A DNA stretch of 64,000 bases from Candidatus Altimarinota bacterium (GTDB lineage: Bacteria > Patescibacteriota > Gracilibacteria > UBA1369). Below are positions 57,131-64,000 of the stretch, one piece after another. The stretch's first letter is position 1; each line of letters opens with the position of its first letter. The stretch is from contig JBGSVP010000001.1 of the NCBI GenBank assembly GCA_041752875.1, positions 62,872-126,871 on the forward strand, read 5' to 3'. The position numbers were made by a program, and so were the translations under genes. The notes below the pieces were generated by a model. The model did not search any database. It was not told where the DNA came from and was given only the letters and a program-made list of their open reading frames with translations.

Positions 57131-59485
57131 ATGGAAAAACCTGATATCAAAAAGGTAAATCTCACCATAACCGGCATGCACTGTACCTCGTGCTCAAGAA
57201 TAATCGAAAAAAATCTGGCTAAAGAAAAGGGGGTAACTGAAGCGAAAGTAAATTTCACCGCCGAAAAAGCGGCAATATTATTCGACCCCAATACCACGAC
57301 ACCCGAAAAACTTATGGAAATAGTCAAAAAAAGCGGATACTCGGCAGTCATATACGAAGAGAAAAATGAAGAAGAAAACAAACAAAGAAAACGGCAGGAA
57401 CTAAAATCACTCCGCGACAAATTCATAATAAGCCTGGTGCTTAGCCTGCCTATGGCATATTTCATGATCACGGACTTCTTTGAGGCATTACCGGGAACTT
57501 CCACGATAATGCCATATATGGGAATCATATCTTTGATACTGACCACGCCTATACAGTTCGGAATCGGAATTGGCTTTTACAAAGGATCATGGGCGGCATT
57601 AAGGATGAAGACATTCAACATGGACAGCCTTATAGCCATAGGTACTTCTGTCGCATTCCTGTACAGCCTTTTTAATTTCGTAAGTTATACCATAGCGAAA
57701 AACTCAATCATCGGAGCGGGAGGAGAAAAGATCCCTGAACTATACTTTGAAACCGCAGCTTTCCTGATAACATTCGTCACGCTTGGAAAACTACTTGAAT
57801 CCAAAGCAAAAAGCAGGACATCCGAAGCCATAAAGAAACTCATGGGACTCCAACCGAAAACGGCACACATAGTCACAGGAGACAAGATAGAAGACATTCC
57901 TATAGAATCGGTTAAAGCAGGAGACATCTTATTGGTAAAACCGGGAGAAAGAATCCCCGTGGACGGAATCGTGACAAATGGACACTCTTCTGTAGATGAA
58001 TCCATGATTACAGGGGAGAGCATACCTGTAGAAAAAATATCCAACAGTAAGATTATAGGTGGAACCATAAACAAAAACGGAAGTCTTGAATTTGAAGCCA
58101 CAAGAGTCGGAGAGGAAACCATCCTGTCACAGATAATTAGGCTGGTCGAAGATGCCCAAAACTCAAAAGCACCTATACAGAATTTTGCTGACCGGATATC
58201 CGCTTTTTTCGTACCCGCAATTATCGCGGCGGCTGTCCTGACCTTTTTGGTATGGTTCGTACTGCTACATTCCACGCTATCTTTCGCACTAATGGCTTTT
58301 ACCTCCGTAATAGTAATCGCCTGCCCCTGCACCCTTGGACTTGCAACGCCCACAGCGCTTATGGTCGGAACGGGAAAGGGGGCCGAATACGGCATTCTTA
58401 TCAAGGGTGGAGAACCTCTGGAAATGGCCTGCAAGATAAATGCCATCGTTTTCGACAAGACCGGAACCATCACCGAAGGCAAACCCAAAATAACAGACAT
58501 CAAATCTATTGACGGGGCAGACGAACAAAAGATAGTACAATTGACTTACAGCCTTGAGCAACATTCGGAACATCCGCTAGCTGAAGCAGTCACAAATTAC
58601 GCAAAAGAAAAGGATATCACGCCATTAAAGATATCAGACTTTTCTGCCACTCCGGGACTTGGCATACGCGCGAAGATAGACGGGACCTACTATTTCGTAG
58701 GCAAACCCGGATTCGACGAAAACGCGGCAAAAGATACGCAAACCGGAAAAGAAATCCAAAAACTGGAAGAAGAGGGTAAAACCGTAATAATCCTTTCGGA
58801 CGGCACCAAAATTATCGGCATAATCGGCATCGCGGACACAGCAAAGCCCAATGCCGCGGAGACAATAGAAAGACTGAAAAGGAAAGGACTTTCCGTTTAC
58901 ATGATGACAGGAGACACACAACGCACAGCCGAAGCCATCGGAAAAAACGCTGGAATAGACAATATAATCGCGGAGGTCATGCCAAAAGACAAGAGCGAAG
59001 AAATCCGAAAACTACAGGCGCAAGGATTAAAAGTCGCAATGGTGGGTGACGGAATCAATGACGCTCCCGCTCTCGCCCAGGCAGAATTGGGCATAGCCAT
59101 GGGAAGCGGAACCGACGTCGCCATAGAGACCGGAGGCATAGTACTTATCAAAAACGACCTGCGCGATGTCATAAATGCCATAGAACTTTCCGAACAGACT
59201 ATCGGCAAGATAAAACAGAACATGTTCTTTGCCCTTTTCTATAATGTAATCGGCATTCCGATCGCGGCCAGGGCTCTAGCTGGCTTCGGGCTTATCCTTA
59301 AACCGGAACTAGCCGGACTGGCTATGGCTTTAAGCTCAGTTTCCGTAGTATCCAATTCTCTTCTTCTTAAAAACTTCCGACCGGGCAAAAAGAATTATAT
59401 TTCGATAGTCGCACCCATAATGATGATTATACTGTTTTCTTTCATATTTATAGAATTCGCCCGATTCAGCTCATCAATCAGGTAA
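57131..59485 (+). CDS. copA: copper-translocating P1B-type ATPase
   Basis: HMA motif GMHCTSCSRIIE, the CPC motif (IACPCTLGLATP), DKTGTIT, GDGINDAPAL and TGES. Confidence 0.95.
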   Translation: MEKPDIKKVNLTITGMHCTSCSRIIEKNLAKEKGVTEAKVNFTAEKAAILFDPNTTTPEKLMEIVKKSGYSAVIYEEKNEEENKQRKRQELKSLRDKFIISLVLSLPMAYFMITDFFEALPGTSTIMPYMGIISLILTTPIQFGIGIGFYKGSWAALRMKTFNMDSLIAIGTSVAFLYSLFNFVSYTIAKNSIIGAGGEKIPELYFETAAFLITFVTLGKLLESKAKSRTSEAIKKLMGLQPKTAHIVTGDKIEDIPIESVKAGDILLVKPGERIPVDGIVTNGHSSVDESMITGESIPVEKISNSKIIGGTINKNGSLEFEATRVGEETILSQIIRLVEDAQNSKAPIQNFADRISAFFVPAIIAAAVLTFLVWFVLLHSTLSFALMAFTSVIVIACPCTLGLATPTALMVGTGKGAEYGILIKGGEPLEMACKINAIVFDKTGTITEGKPKITDIKSIDGADEQKIVQLTYSLEQHSEHPLAEAVTNYAKEKDITPLKISDFSATPGLGIRAKIDGTYYFVGKPGFDENAAKDTQTGKEIQKLEEEGKTVIILSDGTKIIGIIGIADTAKPNAAETIERLKRKGLSVYMMTGDTQRTAEAIGKNAGIDNIIAEVMPKDKSEEIRKLQAQGLKVAMVGDGINDAPALAQAELGIAMGSGTDVAIETGGIVLIKNDLRDVINAIELSEQTIGKIKQNMFFALFYNVIGIPIAARALAGFGLILKPELAGLAMALSSVSVVSNSLLLKNFRPGKKNYISIVAPIMMIILFSFIFIEFARFSSSIR

Positions 59486-59506
59486 ACGTTCGCGACATCA
59501 TGCCAC

Positions 59507-60088
59507 TCACACCTTATAACTATCGAAATCTATCTCGGCATGCGCCATCTTCTCGCTAAAATCAAGATCACGCTTATCGGACTGGGACGTATAGAAAATC
59601 TTATCCAGACCATACCAGGTGGAAAACCACCCTGCGGGTTCAAACACAACCCTTAATACATGGGAAATTATCTGTCCTTCATCATTTATCGATGATACTG
59701 TAGCCATAAACATCATAACCATGCCTGCAAAAGCCAATAATATACCCACTTTTACACCTTTTTTATATTCTTTTTCCAGCCGCAACATTTCTTTTCTGAA
59801 ATGAGAATGTAGTCTTTCCTTAATAACTTTTTCCTGCGCTCTATCTCTTAATCCATAAGGAATCAATAAGGTCAAATCCATAACTCCATGTTTGATTTCA
59901 CGTATAACTTTCTTAGATTCGCGCAAAAAATCGTCAGACAACGCACGCGAAGCAAAAGAGCGGGGATCGAAGTCCGAAAATATATTTTCATAACTATCGA
60001 GCCACAAACTAACCGCAACTTTACGCGAATAATTATTTATCTGCACTCCTTTGTTTTCCACATCATGAACAATTTCACTCTTAGACAT
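59507..60088 (-). CDS. hypothetical protein with a central hydrophobic region
   Basis: 193-aa ORF. Hydrophobic stretch VGILLAFAGMVMMFMATV and a second amphipathic stretch. I recognise no family. Confidence 0.55.
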   Translation of the reverse strand: MSKSEIVHDVENKGVQINNYSRKVAVSLWLDSYENIFSDFDPRSFASRALSDDFLRESKKVIREIKHGVMDLTLLIPYGLRDRAQEKVIKERLHSHFRKEMLRLEKEYKKGVKVGILLAFAGMVMMFMATVSSINDEGQIISHVLRVVFEPAGWFSTWYGLDKIFYTSQSDKRDLDFSEKMAHAEIDFDSYKV

Positions 60089-60094
60089 AAACGC

Positions 60095-60325
60095 TTACCT
60101 TAAGAATAACCACTCATAAACATGATACCACAAAACAACAGCCATAAAAAGTAAATGCACCAGAATATAACCGCCACACCCCGCAAGTTCCCGCACACAG
60201 ATAGTTATGATACCACACCCATATAGCCTTTGACTCCTATCAACCACACTCATATACTTAATAAGGAAACTTAAATAGAAACGATTCAATTGTTTCTTAT
60301 ATATGTTATCACAACAAGATGACAA
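60095..60325 (-). CDS. questionable small Cys-rich hydrophobic ORF (76 aa)
   Basis: Its stop lies 6 nt upstream of the 59507-60088 start, which could indicate coupling. The composition is atypical and nothing else supports it. Confidence 0.25.
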   Translation of the reverse strand: MSSCCDNIYKKQLNRFYLSFLIKYMSVVDRSQRLYGCGIITICVRELAGCGGYILVHLLFMAVVLWYHVYEWLFLR

Positions 60326-60430
60326 GCCTCCCCTGGCGAATCATCTGAATCCATAAAATCATTAACCAACGCGCCACCGAAAGGTCGCGCACCTGTTTAA
60401 GCTGTATAATTTTATACGCATATTGTTTTT

Positions 60431-61783
60431 ATGACACCTATAGATTGTCTTATAAAGGAAGGAAAAAGGCACTCAATCACAATCGATCCGGTAGACCATT
60501 GCATCAAGACAGACTCAAGTCTTAAGGCTCATATCGGCGACGAACAGAAACATGAAAAATATGATCGCGTACTGGCGGATATGGGCATGGATATAACATT
60601 CTTCAAGAAACTTAGGGAAAAACCCAACTTCATCTTCAGCACACAGCCGGGGCCATGGCTTACGGCAAACTTCAAGGCAATCGTCGCGCTACTTAACAAC
60701 CTCATAGAAAACTATGACTGCAATCGCGGACTTTCAGGCACATACGCACTGATGAATGACCGTTTTACCTTTACCGGACTAAAAAAGGCTTTCAATGAAT
60801 TTACATTGGCGAACGGACTAAAGACTCTACACCTTACCGAAAAAAGGTTCATCGAACACCATGAAGGACTTGCGTATTCAAACACCATCATGGAAGAAAA
60901 GACCACACAAAGGATACTTTCAATCTTCAATCTTGGAGCGGAACTGACTAAGGCATCTCAAAAAAGTCTGCACGAATTCGAAGATTTCATCCACCACTGC
61001 CCTCACGATAAAAAAGAAAACGCCATCCGCATCGATGACCTGATTCCCCATGAAATAAACGTCTCAAAACTGTACGAATCGCTAAGGCAAATATTCACCG
61101 AAAAAGCCGTTGTCGACCTCGAATCCATATGTAAAAACTCAAATCCACAGGAAGATTGGGGGAAATTCTGGACAACGGTCAACAGCAAGATATTGAAAAC
61201 AGAAATAGGGAAAGCCGATGACCTTTTGAACGATTTCGTCCTTGCCGTGGAAGACGTGGAAAAACTGGCGGACCGGCTCGCCTCATATACGAATCACGAC
61301 AGGACAAAACCCATATCTCTGGTAAACATCATAGATTCGGAAAGCGGACAACACGCATGCGTCCAATACAGCTTTGACAAGACATCCTCCGCTCAAGAAT
61401 CAGGACTTTCCTATAACATCAGAAACCATCAGACACACAGCTACGAGAACAAACCCATCACATGGGAAAAGGTCCGCGAAATGGCAAAGAAAAGACTTAC
61501 TGCCGGCCCCTCATATACTCTGAAATATTTCCTGCGGGCGGCCGCCAATACCTATTTTCTGGTAGATTCCACATTGTCGGTAAAAGAAACCAAACACGAC
61601 GCCGAAATCAGCATCCTCCACGAAAAACTTATAGGAATCCCCTACCCATGGGTATCGCTTAGACAAAACCCAAATAAATCACCCAGCGATGAAGTTCCGC
61701 CGATAGACACATTCATTTCCCTATACAGCCCTCATCATCATATAGAACAAAACAAAGCAATCGCCGAGTTCTTCGCCGGATGA
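60431..61783 (+). CDS. hypothetical 450-aa soluble protein, no recognisable family
   Basis: Long uninterrupted ORF with typical local composition. No signal peptide or TM helix, and I recognise no motifs. Confidence 0.65.
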   Translation: MTPIDCLIKEGKRHSITIDPVDHCIKTDSSLKAHIGDEQKHEKYDRVLADMGMDITFFKKLREKPNFIFSTQPGPWLTANFKAIVALLNNLIENYDCNRGLSGTYALMNDRFTFTGLKKAFNEFTLANGLKTLHLTEKRFIEHHEGLAYSNTIMEEKTTQRILSIFNLGAELTKASQKSLHEFEDFIHHCPHDKKENAIRIDDLIPHEINVSKLYESLRQIFTEKAVVDLESICKNSNPQEDWGKFWTTVNSKILKTEIGKADDLLNDFVLAVEDVEKLADRLASYTNHDRTKPISLVNIIDSESGQHACVQYSFDKTSSAQESGLSYNIRNHQTHSYENKPITWEKVREMAKKRLTAGPSYTLKYFLRAAANTYFLVDSTLSVKETKHDAEISILHEKLIGIPYPWVSLRQNPNKSPSDEVPPIDTFISLYSPHHHIEQNKAIAEFFAG

Positions 61784-61805
61784 ACAATAAATATATACAG
61801 CCGAC

Positions 61806-62483
61806 TTATTCGAACACATATTCTTTACTATCTTCGTCGAAGACCAGCTTTTCATAATCCGATCCGATAAGCTCCATCAACTTTCCTGCGATAAGTTCCG
61901 GACTTACCACTGTTTTCTTTTTGGCTTCCACATCTTCTTCTTTCACTTGAGTCCAGGTCAGCGGAGTATCAACGGAACCGGGATATGCCACTTTCACCTT
62001 TAACAGCGGAGCAGTCTTCTTAAGTATTTCGGCCAATCCCCAAACCGCATGTTTACTTAAGGAATATATGGCAGGATCAGCTTTAACGGTCATCCCGTGA
62101 CGCGAAGACATAAGAAAGACCACAGCATCTTCCGACAGATAAGGCTTCGCGTACTTAATCGTCAGCCACATCCCCTTAAGGTTTATATCCATCACAAGGT
62201 CATAATCCGTCTCGCTGGTATCAAAGATATCTCCGCGTCGCATGATTCCGGCATTGTTTATCAATATGTCTATTTTGCGGTTAACCTTCTTAAAAGATTC
62301 CTCCATGGCAGCGGGAACTGTAATATCGACCTGATGATATTCGATTCCGGCAATCGGGCTGACTGCAGGCATCTTATCGAAAACGATTACCGATGCTCCT
62401 TTTTCCACCATCTTCTTTGCCAATTCACTACCGATTCCGCCGGTTCCACCCGTAATAATCACTGTTTTATCGATGAATTCCAT
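61806..62483 (-). CDS. short-chain dehydrogenase/reductase (SDR) family oxidoreductase
   Basis: Rossmann motif ITGGTGGIGSELA, NNAG, and the catalytic Y-x3-K (YSLSKHAV). Confidence 0.9.
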   Translation of the reverse strand: MEFIDKTVIITGGTGGIGSELAKKMVEKGASVIVFDKMPAVSPIAGIEYHQVDITVPAAMEESFKKVNRKIDILINNAGIMRRGDIFDTSETDYDLVMDINLKGMWLTIKYAKPYLSEDAVVFLMSSRHGMTVKADPAIYSLSKHAVWGLAEILKKTAPLLKVKVAYPGSVDTPLTWTQVKEEDVEAKKKTVVSPELIAGKLMELIGSDYEKLVFDEDSKEYVFE

Positions 62484-62548
62484 GAATATCGGAGATTAAA
62501 TGATTTATGACCCGATAATATTAGATAATAAAAAGCTTTTCAATAAGT

Positions 62549-62576
62549 TTGACACATTCGCGAGTTCCATTATAAG
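62549..62576 (+). promoter_or_regulatory. predicted sigma-70 promoter of the 62617 gene
   Basis: TTGACA (62549-62554), 16-nt spacer, TATAAG (62571-62576). The -10 ends 40 nt before the ATG. Confidence 0.45.
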
Positions 62577-62616
62577 CTCGAGTCTCAATTAGGAAACAAT
62601 CACTTAACAATACAAT

Positions 62617-63387
62617 ATGTCTCGCAAAAATGCAGACGCAATAATCTCCGACAACGAAATAACAGGTGAGCTGATTTCGGGTGAACAGATAAACGAAGAA
62701 AAAGCACAGGATGAGCAGATAGAGAAAACTCTGGATTCCGTAAAAAAAGAAACAGAAGAAGCCCTGGAACTTCAAGAAAACGAAGAACCTGAAAATAATG
62801 GCGAATTCCAAAAATACATAAACAACATGCTAGGTATGATATCCGGAAGACAAAAACAGATAATGGCTATTTTATTGGCGATGGCAACCGACAAAGGCGT
62901 CGCTTTCCCGTTGAAAAACCTATGTAATAACCTTGAGGTCAACAAGATGACCGGAGGGAAACTTCTTGAAGAACTGGCAGTGGAACTAAACGAAATCGGA
63001 ATAGACATCATCGCATACGAAATGCGTGACAACAATAACAAGAAGATAACGGGATACAATATAGAGTGGAGCCAAACGGAGGAAGAAGAATCAGAATCTA
63101 CAGAACCATCTAAACATGAAGTGATAGTAAAAAACGCCGTTGAATACAAAACCTATACACTGAAGAGTGATGCACAAAAAAATAATACAGACATCGGAAA
63201 CGAGATTCTGGAATTAGCATCACTTAATGACCCTAACATAGCAGGAATAAGCGGAATCTTCGAACTACAACAGGGGGAGGTCTTCGTAAGGATAATAAAC
63301 AGACCGGGACAAAACAACTACACCATAGTAAAACGTTCCGAACTCGAAGAAACCAATCCCAAAAGAATCACAAAGTCTACCTTGTGA
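62617..63387 (+). CDS. hypothetical acidic protein with a possible winged-helix segment
   Basis: 256 aa. Glu-rich N-terminus, then GRQKQIMAILLAMATDKGVAFPLKNLCNNLEVNKMTGGKLLEEL, which has a wHTH-like pattern. No family recognised. Confidence 0.6.
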   Translation: MSRKNADAIISDNEITGELISGEQINEEKAQDEQIEKTLDSVKKETEEALELQENEEPENNGEFQKYINNMLGMISGRQKQIMAILLAMATDKGVAFPLKNLCNNLEVNKMTGGKLLEELAVELNEIGIDIIAYEMRDNNNKKITGYNIEWSQTEEEESESTEPSKHEVIVKNAVEYKTYTLKSDAQKNNTDIGNEILELASLNDPNIAGISGIFELQQGEVFVRIINRPGQNNYTIVKRSELEETNPKRITKSTL

Positions 63388-64000
63388 CTTTCGGATTTAA
63401 CCGTTCCTGAAGATTCTGCTCCAAGGCATGTTGCTTTATCACCGACAAGAAAGATTCCCCGTATTCCGACAACTTATAGGCACCGACCCCCGTTATCCCG
63501 GAAAAGCTATTCAGGCTCTGTGGCAGATAATAAGCCATTTCACACAAGGCTACATCCCCAAAAATCATGAAAGGCGGAACATTTTTGCCGTCCGCGATAG
63601 ACTTACGCAGGACACGTAACTTTTCGAACAAAGCCTGATCGAAATCCGGAATAGCGAGTTTCCCCTGCTTTGCCTTTCTTTTGATTCCGGCAGGAATCCT
63701 TTTTGCAGACCCGGCAGAATCCGGCACGAATGCAACATCGGCGTTTTCCTCTTCATGAAGCTTTTGCGGACGTGTCAGGGTAATCTTTTGTCCCTCCTTA
63801 ATGAAAGCCATTCCCTGCGGCGTCACCTTAAGCACAGGATATTCGCCTTCACTTTTGTACAACAGGTTTTTACTTATCAACAGCCTAATCACATATTGAA
63901 TCTCCGACATATCCAACTCTTTCTCTATTCCGAAGACAGGCAACCGGTCGTGCCTTCTTTCCAGGATTTTCTTAAGCCGCTGGCCGCGCAATATACTCGC
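63377..64000 (-). CDS. recQ: ATP-dependent DNA helicase RecQ, C-terminal part only (RQC winged helix plus HRDC); N-terminus lies beyond the window
   Basis: The frame stays open to the window edge (ASILRGQR...). RQC-like segment VIRLLISKNLLYK and HRDC motif FEKLRVLRKSIADGKNVPPFMIFGDVALCEMAYYLPQSL..FSGITGVG. Confidence 0.85.
   Translation of the reverse strand, partial: ASILRGQRLKKILERRHDRLPVFGIEKELDMSEIQYVIRLLISKNLLYKSEGEYPVLKVTPQGMAFIKEGQKITLTRPQKLHEEENADVAFVPDSAGSAKRIPAGIKRKAKQGKLAIPDFDQALFEKLRVLRKSIADGKNVPPFMIFGDVALCEMAYYLPQSLNSFSGITGVGAYKLSEYGESFLSVIKQHALEQNLQERLNPKVTR

Noticed and set aside
1-64000. Alternative genetic code (TGA recoding, as in some CPR lineages), CRISPR arrays, tRNA or rRNA genes, and mobile elements.
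   Set aside because: Conserved genes are full-length and intact under the standard code. I saw no regularly spaced direct repeats, cloverleaf-like GC-rich islands, transposase, integrase or RT ORFs, or terminal inverted repeats in any intergenic region.

Overview
64-kb window from a low-GC bacterial chromosome, densely packed with about 60 CDS. Most are core housekeeping genes: greA, rpoD, dnaG, truB, murE, hpf, holA, gatC-gatA, ftsX, recO, a RelA/SpoT homologue, the membrane pyrophosphatase hppA, L25/Ctc, ybaB, mltG, dnaA, rseP, frr, pyrH, purA, groES-groEL with a CIRCE operator, and rny. There is also an envelope cluster (lamin-tail-domain protein, DsbA-like oxidoreductase, SLH protein) and a csoR / HMA-permease / copA copper module. 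I found no rRNA, tRNA, CRISPR array, transposase, integrase or prophage signature. Shine-Dalgarno motifs are missing upstream of even the best-supported genes, where leaders are A-rich instead. Gene content (RNase Y, GatCA, CIRCE, SLH, WecA-type transferase, few biosynthetic genes) suggests a reduced, monoderm-like, possibly CPR/Patescibacteria-type organism; that placement is inference only. The stand-out region is 9.65-21.4 kb. It is a five-gene plus-strand module bounded by a consensus extended -10 promoter and an intrinsic terminator. It encodes two small proteins that are stand-alone paralogues of the N-terminal ~130 aa of the next gene, then a 2,022-aa highly charged giant protein with two Gly-rich hydrophobic hairpin-like segments and a tandemly duplicated Pro-rich tail. 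These are followed by a 72-aa single-pass membrane protein and a 1,412-aa signal-peptide protein with five cysteine-bracketed modules joined by Pro/Gly linkers. I recognise no characterised family for most of this module and propose it as a candidate novel surface or contact-dependent system. Other points of interest are an overlapping rny terminator / groES promoter / CIRCE arrangement, an RSH protein lacking the hydrolase ED diad, a His-rich Yip1-like protein with 18-nt periodic DNA, an archaeal-type RibL-like FAD synthetase on a probably leaderless transcript, and dnaA without dnaN or visible DnaA boxes. All coordinates for promoters, terminators and motifs were located by eye and need computational confirmation.
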